Shown here: positions 38,275 to 51,204 of the stretch, one piece after another | Numbering within the stretch: the stretch's first letter is position 1 | Layout: each line of letters opens with the position of its first letter | Assembly: GCA_016748015.1 (NCBI GenBank) | Contig: JAAOMT010000778.1 | Coordinates: 66,945-130,944, forward strand | Reading direction: 5' to 3' | Length of the DNA stretch: 64,000 bases | From: Geosiphon pyriformis uo1 | Lineage: Eukaryota; Fungi; Glomeromycota | Position numbers and translations under genes: made by a program | Notes under the pieces: model-generated | Databases searched by the model: none | What the model saw: only the letters and a program-made list of their open reading frames with translations | Told to the model about the DNA's origin: nothing

Positions 38275-41200
38275 TTTTATTAAATACTTAACAAGTAAAG
38301 TTCAACTGCTATTTAGTATATAGAACCAAACTAAGTGACTCAAACTAAATACAGTTTATATTTTTACTATATGTAACCAGTCACTCAAGTCAAACAAGAC
38401 AATACCAAATTTTTATATTAATATATGTATTTCTACCTAAACCAGAAAAAAAAACATTGTTTGCATCTATCAAAACTAACTGTAAAAAACTTTACTAGAC
38501 CAAGCAACCAAACTACTCTATCTAATAATATAGACATTATATAATAAAGCAAATCTGAAACCATACCATTATTTTTAATCAATTCAGCTTTTTTTATGTT
38601 TATTCTATATTTTGATCATACAAATTATATCTTAGTTCAATATAATTTTACTAAATGTTTCACATAATTAACAAGAGCAGAAGCTGTTTTTACTTTTTTA
38701 TTAAAAACTGTAACAGCTTTGGCATATCAGTTTTTTAGCACAAATTTTTTGCAAATTATTATATACAAACTTATGTTTAATGAACACTAAAAAAGTATTT
38801 GTAAGACAGCAGAAGAAAATAGACAGTAAGCATTCATCAATAATACTCATTTTTTAGAGGCTTTTGCTAAAATATTTTTTTAAATATTACTATTTTTAGC
38901 ACAAGTAAAAACATGATTAGATAATTCTACCTTATTATACAGCAAACACAGTACATTAAGATACATTTTATTATATAATCTCTTTTTAACTATTATTGAT
39001 AACTATCTGTACACAGTTTTTATTAAGTATATACACTAATTTACAGACTTTCTACTAATAAATCCAAAAAATATATGCAAATTAAAATGCCAAACTCTCA
39101 TAATAACTATCTAATCCACTTCCTTAATTAACATACTTGGAATTATATTATAGCCAGAACCAGTTTCTTATTGAGCATAACAAATAGATCTGTATAAATC
39201 ATGAACAAAATAACAAGTATTGTCAGACACAGCTATATTTTTAGTCATTATAAAACATTTTTAAATCCTAATCAGCAGAGAAAAAAAAAGTAAGCAGCCT
39301 TATTTGTTATTATATTAGCTTGAATATTGTCTGCAATATCTGAATAACTTTTAATCTTGATCTATATAACAAAAATTTTTTATTCTTAATTAAATTAACA
39401 ATATGTTTTCTTTTTATTTAACACTAATTATAGAAGTTAAACACAGCAAACAAAATCTTAAAAACACATATATTAATAGCAAATTGGCTATTCAGATATA
39501 AAACCACTATATAAAAAAACAAAACACATTTTAAAAACAATATAACAGTCTGCAATTTGGCCATTGTAGAGAACAAAAACCTATGTATTTTAATATTAAT
39601 ACTTGTATTTACAGCTGAAAAATAAGCAGTCATCTTACTAATAACTTTAATAGAACCAGCATTTTTAAAGAACTATTTATATAAATTTCAATAAAATCAG
39701 ATCAAATTTTAAGCAAGTTTTTTCACACATTAAAAAAATTTTTAAACCCCAAAATATCTAAACCAAGTAATCCATTAACATTAGCAGAATTAACCACCAA
39801 AAAATTTTTGTTAATTAAAAATTCAAATGCTAGTCTGAATTAATAAGACACAAAACTTTTTGGATCTAATTTTTTTTATTGATGAAATATTTTCCAACTT
39901 ATCACATTTTTTTTTGTTCAGAAGTTTGTTATTAAAAGCAATCTCAAACCACTTTAAAAAAAAAATAAAACTATAATACAAAGACTTTCCTAAAATATCT
40001 AACATCAAAAATTTATTAAGACTACAAAATGCATTGAACAAATTGTTTACCAAAGATAGATCATTGTTTAAAAAAAATTTTATCATTTCAGCCAAAAAAT
40101 TGTTTACTGAACTAACACATAACTTAACAAAAAACTGCAAAGAATTCAAAGAAAACCACTCTAGAATCTGCAAATCCAAAAATCTATGTTTAAACAAATG
40201 TCTAAAAATGTTTAATACAGTAGAAAAACAATTAATAAAGCTATTTTTCTTTAGACTGTACTTGCTCAAAGAGCTTCAAACTATACAAGGATGGATGATG
40301 TAAAGTCTTACTGAAAAAATTACATGGCAAACTGGTTTTGGTTTTAAGACCCTTTCTGATTATTACATTTCACTTACAATACACACTCAACAAAACAAAA
40401 CTAAATTATAATTGGTAACTAATTATAGACTGCAAAATAACTAAAACCAAATAAGAAAATTGCTTATTTATAATTGTTTTCTTCAACACCACATTAGAAA
40501 AAAAACCTAATGTTAGCATGAGCCTGAACCAAACTAGACTTAAAAAAACTTTTAGTTAACAAAAAAATCTTTAAGTACTTGTATAATTCACTTTTTTTAG
40601 CAATTAAAATTGGCAAACCACTAATTATTAATAAAGCAGTCTTAACACTCTAATTGATAAAAATAAGCACTGTTTTTTTATTATTAATCAAGATATTATT
40701 GACATTAAAAAATTCACTAGCAATATTTAAAATATATTGTGTAAAAGCTTGGCTACTCTTAATCCAAATTGTGTTATTAACAAAGGCACCAGTAGCAAAA
40801 AATAAAGTTTTTTCTTTAATAGTCTTAATTTTACCAGTTTTGATTACAAATCTCATATCAATTTAGTATTTACATAAGTGTTTATGTCTTTTGACTTTAA
40901 ACAAAAGTGGATTATAAAAAATTCTCTAAAAAAGAGGTGAAAAAATCTTACTTTGATCCAACTTATTATGTATCTTGTAATTATTAGAAAGCCCAAAATT
41001 AATTATTACTTTATTAATCTAATCCTTATATATGTTAGCAAAAAACTCAATAAACTGACTATATATCTTGATATGCTACAAGCTAGTCCTCAGGTAATAT
41101 TATTCTACTAAATTATAAGTCTTGTATATATCTTACAAAACCAACCAAAGTTCTTTATTTTTTTTTAGTGTATCTTTAACAACTGATCCAATGACAAAAA

Positions 41201-44200
41201 TAGAAGACTAAGTTAAAGTATTCTTTAATATTAAAAAATTATCACTGTAAAAAACATTAAATTTGCTATACACTAAAGATATCTAGTTAGAGAAAATCTT
41301 TGACAGAATTTTTTTAGCTGTTTTAATTAATACAATAGACCAGATGTTTGTTAAAATATTATTCTACTTATAAGATTTGAAAATTATTGAAACTTATGCT
41401 TTTTTCCAAGAAATTAGAACTATACTTAAAGTCAAACACAAATTCAACAACTTTAAAAAACATTTTAACACTATTTTTAAGAATATTGATTATTTTTTTG
41501 TCTATTTTTTCATGATTTCATTAATCCTAAGCTTTATTTCCTTAGGCTCTACAACTAATTTATTTTTAACCACTAGATAATCCAAAACAACTTTGCAAAA
41601 AGCCATTTTAGAATACTCTTTATTATTTGTTTCTTGTTAAAGCAAAAATTTTCTATATATTATTTAATTGCTTTTTAAATAACCATGTTTTCATATGTCT
41701 TTAATTCATAATACTTGAATTTTTGATACTCTTTTCTAACCAGTAACAAATGTTTAATAATATTTAGTAATCTTATATTATTTTGAATTATACTGGCAAC
41801 TTTAAATACTTTAATATTATCAATAATTAATCAAACTTTAATAAGATAATCAAATTTTAACAAATTCTTAAAATTCCATTTTTTCACAATCTTAACAATG
41901 AGCAATTTTAGCCTAAAAAATTTTGACAATTGTTTGTTTTTTAAGCAATCATACTTATTATATTAATATTTAAAGAACATTTTATTAGCAGATTGTATTA
42001 TAACTTCTTTCAACATCTTTTATATTGTATCTAAATTATTACAATTCTCTGTCTTTTTGAATATATCTGATACTGCCAGCAACTTATTACAAAAACAATC
42101 CTTAAATTGCATCTACTTGGCTTTACTTGTATTTTTTATCTTAAATTTTTATTGATTTTTATTGGCTTGCTTATAAATACTATTAAAATAAACATCCAAA
42201 AAACTATCCAAACCAACTGAAACTGAGATTGTCTTTTGATCCATATCAAAAAATTCTGATACAATATCAATCTTATGGCTTATAACTGCAAATATTAGGT
42301 TTCTATTTACAAATATAAAATCTAACACCTTTTTAACACCTCTAAAATTGCTTTAAGTAAAAGTTTGGCTAATAAATGTTTATTAAATATATTAACCAAA
42401 CTCAGATCTAAATAAAACTTGAAACTTATACTTTTCTTTAATCTATTCTTATTGAAATTCTCTTCCAAAACCACAAAAATACTGGAATTAACTGCTTTGG
42501 CAATAAAAAATTAATTTTCAATGTTTGTTTAAATTTAATTCCAAAAAAAACACCAGCATATAATTTCAAAATTGTTATTAATAGTTTATTTTTAAATAAA
42601 AGATAAACTGAAACAATTTTGCCTAAAATTTTATTAATCTTTGAGACATGCCAAGCCAAGAAATAGTTTATAATTATAGTTACCCCAGTACTAAAAAAAT
42701 CTTTATTTAAACCAAATATAAAGATCTGTACTCTTTTAAATTTATTTATTATCCAAGACCTAATATTAGATTTTAATTTAGTTTTTGTAATAATAGAAAT
42801 CATATTATCTGAATTAATATGTTATTAAACAACATTTGTCTGCTTAGTAGGAATATTAATATTTTTAACATTACATATAGCAATTTTCTATACAAAATCA
42901 GTTATTAAGAAAAAAAAATGTCTGAACCAAGACCAAAATTGTTTATCTTGACTATAAAACCCAAAACCATATTTAAAAGACTCTACAAACTGTCCTTTAA
43001 CTTAAAAATAACTGATAAATCCAAAGACACTATATTTACAATTGTTTTATTATTAGTGGCTGCACCCAAATTCTTACTTATTACTATATTTGCTCTTTAA
43101 TTCTGTGATAAAGAAGTCACTAATGACTAACATCTAGAATTAGACTGGAAAACTATTGGTTTAAGTACATTCAACCTCTTAATTAGCTTTTTAACTTGTT
43201 CTATAAGACTAATAAAACTGCACTTAAGAGTAACAAACTTATTATTCATTTTTACAAACACCAGTAGAAAAAATTTAACATTTAAAAATAAGCCAATACC
43301 AAAAAAAACTAAAGAAATCATATAAGAAAAAATATTAGCAACTTAAGTCCAAGTTTTTTTACCAAAAAAAACTAGATAAGCAATTAGTATTTGCTTTTTC
43401 TTATATATATTCACTAAAAAAATCTAATTCTAAGAATTAATTAATCTTTTACCATGACTACCTAGATTTTTACTTACTAAACACATACCAAAAACATGAT
43501 TAAATTGTTTACATTAAGCACAACAGACCAAAGAAAAACCAGTTCAATGCAAATTTACATTTTTGAAAATAAAAGTAAAATCAAAAGCAGTTTTTTTAGA
43601 TGTTTTATCAGCAAAACAAATTACAGTATATCTGTTATACACATATAAGCTTAGATTATGACCAATAAAACAAGTTTTTTTATCATATAAAACTGATAGA
43701 TCAGAAAAATCATGAGTATTTGTTCCAATAAAAAAAGTATATAACAAAGTTTGATAATAATTTTTAGACATCCATGTTTGTTTATTATTAACAGCCAATA
43801 TTACACATACAAATTTTTTTTTATGAGAACTAATTATTTAGATACAACCAAACTAGCAACATTAAATGATTCAAATTTAACCAAAATCTTTTGCTATAGA
43901 CCAATAAGTTGTATCTTAATTAACACAATTTTATTAAACTTTAAAAAAACAGATTTCACAACCAATTTTGAAAAATCAACAAAAATTTTCTTGATGATTA
44001 CTTTTCAATTTGTGTGACTGTTTATCTTTTTACATTTTTATTAATCAAAATTTTCTTATTAATAGTTATTTTTTTAGTCTTAATCAAATTAGATTCAGAA
44101 GTAAAGATAATCTAATAATATTTAAAAATTTTGAAGAAGGTAACATTTTTTCAAAATCATTAACACAATAAAATTTTTTTTTCATATTCAATAACTTATT

Positions 44201-44916
44201 ATTAACAGTTTTTTTAAATATAGCAGATAGTTTAATATCAAGCACAAAAAATTTTGTTAAATTAAAACTCTATTTTTTCAAGACATATAATTCAGTTGGC
44301 AGTAAATAATTGGATTCAAAAAATTTAGAATTGGAAGTGTTAAAATTTTGTCATTGTTATTGCTCAAATTACCAAAAGAAATTTTTTTAGACTGGCCGTT
44401 CAAAACATAAGTTTTGATGTATATTTTTCTAAACATGACTTTATCTATTATATTGTTTATTTCTAAAGCATTTGAATCTATATAACTGGTCTTTTCCATA
44501 ATTGTATTTTTTATGTTTTTTACATTTAAGATTTTATTAATACTTGTTTTTTTATTATTAACTTTACTACACTAAGATTTTTTGCAGCCATTTTTTTTAA
44601 TTCGCAACATATTAACAAATAAAAGACCAGTTGATAAGTTTATTATATTACCAATAGTTTCAAATTTTTTTAGTTTCTTGTATAAAAGCTTATAAGAGTA
44701 AATATTCTCAATACATGCTTTTTTTTAGTGACAAACCAAATTTTTAATTCAAACTTAAACCAGAATTACCAATAGAAAAGCTTATTAGTTTCATAATAAT
44801 AAATATAAGTATAGAGAAAAAAAAACTGTAAAAACTAAAAAATAAGAAAAAAAAAAGTGTATTTTTTTGGTTACTCAATGCTCTTGTTGTGACTAAAAAA
44901 TCAATAAAAAAAAAAG
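38275..44916 (-). mobile_element. Near full-length decayed LINE (second subfamily)
   Basis: Fragments: ORF1 ATG at ~44794, APE 42438-42803, RT FATGAFVNNTIW 40650-40856, RNase H 39424-39633. A 3' UTR homolog lies at 38290-38405. Confidence 0.88.
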
Positions 44917-47900
44917 TTTTTCAATATTTTTTTATTTAATATTAAATATAATTAATATAATTGTGTTTTAATTATAATAATTAATTAAATATTAATTTTT
45001 ATTTGGTTTTTTATTATTATTATTTTTAAAAATTTAATTAGTCTGAAAATAATTAAAAAATCACAAAAAATAATTTTATATTAAAACATGTAAATTAATT
45101 ATTATAATTTAATTAATTAATTATTTTTATTATTATAAGATTTAATAAATGAAGTTCAATTGCTATTTAGTACATAAAACCAAACTAAGTAGATTAAACT
45201 AAATGCAACTTATGTATTAGTTACATGTGGCCAGCCACTAGGGCCAGTTAAAGCAATATTATATATTTATACTAATAAAAGCATTACCACTTAAACCAAA
45301 AAAAAAAAGACACATCTTGTGTTTACCAAAACTAACAGCAAAAGATTCCATAACATCAAACATACAAACCATCCTATTTGATAATGTAAATATCACACAG
45401 TAAGACAAGCCCACAATCAAGCCATTATCCTTGATCAAACCAGTCTTTTTTATATCCACTTTATGTTTAGATCTAATCAACCATACTTTAGTGCAATGCA
45501 ATTCTATTATAAATTAAATATATTTAACCAAAGCCAAAGAAGTCTTTTTTTTTTTTCTTAAAGACCAAAACAGTCTTAGCAAACTAATCTTTTAACACAA
45601 AGTCTTTGCAAATTGCAGTATACAGAATCACATTCAAAACACACATTAAAAGTAAATGCAAAATGGCAGAAGTAGACAAACAAAAAGAATCTGTTAATAA
45701 CACTTATTTCTTAGCAGCTTTAGTCAAAATGTCCTTATAAAAACCAATATTACCAAAACAAGTAAAAACATGGTCAGACAATTCCACCTCACTGCACAAC
45801 AAGCACAGCACTTCAGGATAATTTTTATTATACAACCTCTTCTTAACCACTACTGGCAGCCATTTATGTACTGTTTTTATCATATATGTGTACAAATTAG
45901 CTAATTTTTTACTAGTAAATCCAGAAAACATGTCCAAATTAGGATGCCAAATTATCATAGTAGTAGCCCAATCTATCTTCTTGATTATAATACTTAAAAC
46001 AACATTAAAATCAGGACCAGCTTTTCAATAAGCATAACAAATCAACTGGTATAGATTACAAACAAAATAACAAGTATTACCAGATACAACAGTATTTTCA
46101 GTGCCCAAAAACTGCTTCCAAATCTTTACTTGCAAAGAAAAAAAAAAGAAAGTGGTCTTGTTAGCCAGTTCATTAGTCCTAACATTGTTTGGAATCTTTA
46201 AATGTTCTTTAATCTTTACCCACTTAACTAAAATGTTTTTATTCCTAATTAAATTATATGCAATTTTTTAATTTAACATTGATTGTAAAAGTTAGGCACT
46301 GTAAATAAAGTCTTAGATACACAAGTATCAATTGCAGATTGGCTGTTCAAATGCAAAATTACAATACATAAAGACAGAACACACTTCAAAGCCAAAGCAA
46401 CAACTTGCAACTTAATCAAAATAGAAGATAAAAACCCATGCACTCTAACTCCAACACCTACATTTACAGCTGGAAAATAAATAGCTGCCCTACTTGTTAT
46501 CTTAGCAGAACCAGCATCTTTTAAGAATTTATTAGTGTAGATTCTAATACAATCAGACCAAATTTTCAGTAAACAATCATGAACATCACAGAATTTTTTG
46601 GAATTTAAGATATTTAGCACAGGCAATCTGGAAACAACAACAGATTCGGTTTTCAAAACACCATTTTTGCTTATAAACTCAGATATCAATATAAATCAGT
46701 AAGGCACAAGACTTTTTGGATCCAATCTTTTCCACCATTAAAATGTTTTTTAGTCTATTACACTTTCTTTTTTGTCCAAAAATTTGTTATCAAATGCAAC
46801 ACTAAACTGCTTTAAAGAAAGAACAAAATCATAATACAAGAGTTGTCTTAAAATATTAGATATCAAAAATTTAACTAACCTACAAAAAGCATTAGGCAAG
46901 CTGTTTGCTAAAGATAACTCATTTTTCAAAAAAATTTTCACCATATTGGCCAAGAAATTATTGACTAAACTAATATGCAACTTAACAAAAAATTGTAAAA
47001 AATTCAAAAGAGACCACTCCAAAATCTGTAGATCCAAAAACCTATACTCAAAAAGACATCCAAAAATGCTATAAGCATTAAAAAAAAAACCATTGAAGCC
47101 AACTTTTCTTTAGACTGTATTTGTTCAAAAGGTTTTAAACTATATAGAAATAGATGATGCAAAACCTCATTGAAAAAGTCATGTGACAGATTAGTCTTGG
47201 TCTTAAGACACTTTCTAATTATCACATTCTACTTGTAACATACATCTATTAAAACAAAACTGAACTGTATATAATAGCTAACTATGGACTACAAGATAGC
47301 TGAAATCAAATAAAAAAATTGTTTATTTGTAATAGTTTTTCTCAATACCATATTCGAAAAAAAACTAATATTTGTATGAGCCTAAACCAAATTAGGCTTA
47401 GAAAAACCTTCAGTAAATAAAAAAATGTCCAAGTACCTGTGTAACTCACCCTTTTTAGCAATTAAAATAGGTAAACCATTAATTAACAATAAAACAGACT
47501 TAATATCTTGATTGATAAGAATTACTGTCTTATTATTGTTAATTAAGATGTTATTAACATTAAAAAACTCATTGGCAATATTTAAAATGTATTGTGTTAA
47601 AGTTTGACAACTCCTAATTCAAATTGTGTTATTAATAAATACATCAATCACCAAAAAGAAAGTTCTCTGTTTAACAGCCTTAACCCTGCCAGTTCTTGCC
47701 ACAAACTTAATATTAATACAGTATTTACACAAGTGCTTATGTCTCTTTACTTCACACAAAAATGGATCATAGAAAATTCTTCAAAGAAATGGAAAAAAAA
47801 TTTCACTCTGATCCAAGCCATTATGTACTTTATAACTATTTGAGAGTCCAAAGTTTATCATTACTCTATTAATCTAATCCTCATAAATATTGCCAAAAAA

Positions 47901-50506
47901 TCTAATAAACTAACTGCACATTTTAATATGGTGCAAACTAGCTCTTAAATAAAGCCAGCCAACTAAATCATAAGCTTTGTGCATGTCTTGTAACACCAAC
48001 CAAAGCTCCCTGTTTTTCTCTAGAATATTCTTAACAACTAATTCAACAGCAAAAATAGAAAACTGAGTCAAAGTATCTTTTAACACCAAAAAATTATTAT
48101 CATAAAGAACATTAAATTTGCTGTATATTAATAAGATTCTATCAGAAAGAATCTTAGACAATATTTTCTAAGCTGTTTTGATCAATACAATAAGCTTAGT
48201 ATTTGTTAAAATGTTATTCTATTTATAAGGTTTTGGGATTATTAAAACCCAAACTTTTTTTCAAGAAATTGGAATCACATCCAAAGTTAAACATGAATTC
48301 AACAACTTCAAAAGACAAACCAATACCTCTTCACCATAATGTTTCTAAAGTTCATTAGATATCTCCAACAACTCAGCAGTTTTATTATTCAGCAAATTAT
48401 TAACAACCAAAGACAACTCCTCCATATTAATCTTCTTTATCACACCAAAAAAAGCACTATCATCAACATAGTTTAAGAACATGTATTAACAAGCCCAAAG
48501 GTTGGACATTTTTGGAAGCACCAACCACTTTTTTGTCTACTCTTCCATAATTTTAACTACTTTAAGCTTTATATTATCAGACTCAATCACCAATTCATCT
48601 TCTACCACCAAGTGATTTAAAACAACTTTGCAAAATAGACAGTTTAAAATGCTTTTTATTATTCACTCCTTATTAGAACAAAAATTTTTCATATAGTTAA
48701 TTGTCTTCCTAATAGCTATATTCTCAAATGTCTTAGACTTATAATACTTAAACTTCTAATATTTCTTTTTTACTATTAATAAATACTTGATCTAATTTAT
48801 TGAACACATACTATTCAGAATCATGTTAGCAACTTTAGATGTCTTAATACTATCAATAGCCAACCACATTCCAATAAGACAGTTAAAATTTAAGAAATCT
48901 CCAGAATTTCAAACTTTCACAATCTTTGCAATAAACAACTCTAATTTAAAAAATTTTAAAGAATGTTTGTTCTTTAAACAATTATATTCACTATACTAAT
49001 GTCTAAAAAACACCACATTAGCAGCTTGTACTATAATATCTTTCAACACAATTCACATTATATCCAAGTTACTATTGTCTTCTGTATTTACAAACATATT
49101 TGATTTTACTAACAGCTCAATAAAAAATTGTTTCTTAAAACATAACCATTGGGTTTCATCAATATTATCCAATCTAAATTTTTACCAGTCCTAATTGGCC
49201 TGTTTATAAGCACTATTAAGATAAGTGTCTAGGAGTTTACCCAAACTAATTATAACCGAAACTGCCTTATGATCTGTATTAAAAAACTTAAATACACAAT
49301 TGACTTAATGGCATGTGATTGATGATACGAGATTCCCACTCACAAAAATAAAATTTAGCACCTTCTTAACACCCCTAAAATTGCTCTAAGTAGAAGTTTT
49401 GGCCAATGAATGTCTGTTAAAAGCATTAACCAAATCCAAACCCAAACAGAACTTGAAACTTGCACTCTTTTTAGATCTATTCTCATTAAAGTTGTTACCC
49501 AAAACCATAAAAAAACTAGAATTAACAGCTTTAAAAATTATAGAGTTGATATCAAAAGCTTGGCCAAAATGTGCATTAATAGATGCATTAATATACAGGT
49601 CCAGAATTAAAACAAAAAGCTTGTTTTTAAACAGAAGACACACAGAAATTAATTGACTCAGAATTTTATCTATTCTTAAAACATACCAAGCCAAAAAATT
49701 GTTTATAATTATAGTAACTTCAGTGCCAAAAAAACCAACATTCAAACCAGAAATAAAAACCCAAATTCTATCAAACTTACTCATAATTCATGGCCTAATA
49801 CAAGACTTTAATTTTGTCTTAGAAACAAAAAAAACTATTGTTACGGGTTGGAGTAACAAGCTAACGGATAGCAAGGGAGAACAGAATTGTAGGGTGATAG
49901 AAATAATCAAAGGGAATTCAACTTCAATGAGCAAATTGAATGAGTATGGATTCAATATGCAAGATCAGTCTCATAAAATATCTTAGTCGCTATTCTTTTC
50001 AAAAAGTAACAAGGGAATCTGAAGATAGAGGAATAGTCTGTACTGTCAACAATTGATAACTGCTGGTATAATTTTATGCCTCATGTTGGTGCTCTTAGAA
50101 TTCAATATCAAGTATCAACTTGTGCTCTTCAGTCATGTTTATTTAAATAATCTTCAAATACTGCAATTACACATTTTAGGAAAGTGTCAACAAGTAATCT
50201 TTTATCCAAAAGATGTTCAGATACTTGAAGGTAGGGAAAGAGAAATTAGCGATAAGAGAATGTTTGAGATGGAAGTTTGTTATTTTATTTCTTTGATTGT
50301 CTTGATTCCTTACATTGATCTTTTTCTACAGCTAAGAGACTCATTACTTATATATCTATTGAAAGTGGTTAACGACCAGACTAATGATCAGGTTAATAAT
50401 CAGATCATTGATCAGGTCAATGATTAGGTTAATAATCAGGTCAATGATCACTATTTAAAAATAGGGTGGCTAATTATATGACATCAGTGGCTAATACATG
50501 TGATAA

Positions 50507-50974
50507 CTAATAAAAACTATGAGTTTCAACCATAATATCATCCTCTCCAAAGAGATTGAGCTCCGGCAAAATCAAACTATTTAGAAGATACTCTATTTGA
50601 AGGGTTTTATCTAACTTAAAACTAACTAGTTTGTTGAAGTCTTTTGTAGATAAGGTATATAAAACTTGAGGCAAAATGAGCTTTGTGTCCAAGAGACCAA
50701 ATCTTTGTATAAAAGTTTTGGCTCTTTTTGCAATGGTTAAAACTCTTGGAACATCTAATTGTACAATGTCCAAAATTTTTGCTTGTATCTCAGAAGTTGT
50801 TTTCTTCATGAGCTTTATGTCTTCTATGATTTTATCAAGACGACTATAGAGTTCTAGTTGTCTTCCATATGACAAGTTTTTGTCTATGGGCCAGATTTCT
50901 TTAATTGTTTTTCCAATTGTAATAGAAGATGCAAGTATTGCTGCTGTTATACTTTCTAGCAAATACTTATCCAT
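50507..50974 (-). CDS. Extra ORF (ORF3) of unknown function between pol and the 3' LTR; frame extends upstream to 51307
   Basis: A 155-aa ORF with homologous decayed copies at ~29607-30053 (-) and 26008-26476 (+). Confidence 0.55.
   Translation of the reverse strand: MDKYLLESITAAILASSITIGKTIKEIWPIDKNLSYGRQLELYSRLDKIIEDIKLMKKTTSEIQAKILDIVQLDVPRVLTIAKRAKTFIQRFGLLDTKLILPQVLYTLSTKDFNKLVSFKLDKTLQIEYLLNSLILPELNLFGEDDIMVETHSFY
50538..50548 (-). other. Polypurine tract
   Basis: GGAGAGGATGA lies immediately 5' of the 3' LTR on the minus strand. Confidence 0.75.
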
Positions 50975-51204
50975 TTTGCTACCAATTTTTTCTCTTCTGG
51001 TAGTTGTTTTCTTTGGTTTAATAACTGTATGTGTTCCATTGTTGTCAGTTATTGTAGTTTGTTTTCCAATGGTCAGAGTAATATTTGGATAGTTTTTAAT
51101 CCAATATTCATGAAGAGTATAGAAAGCATTTTGAATGTTTTAATCCAGAAAATAATTGTTTATGTTGATTGAAGATACCTCTGTTTTGGGAGTGGTGCAT
51201 TTAT

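Noticed and set aside
50053-50427. Antisense 124/134-aa ORFs inside both LTRs of the younger gypsy
   Set aside because: They start with TTG, are partly built from the 12-bp repeat, and are not open in the other three LTR copies. The two open copies are not independent evidence.
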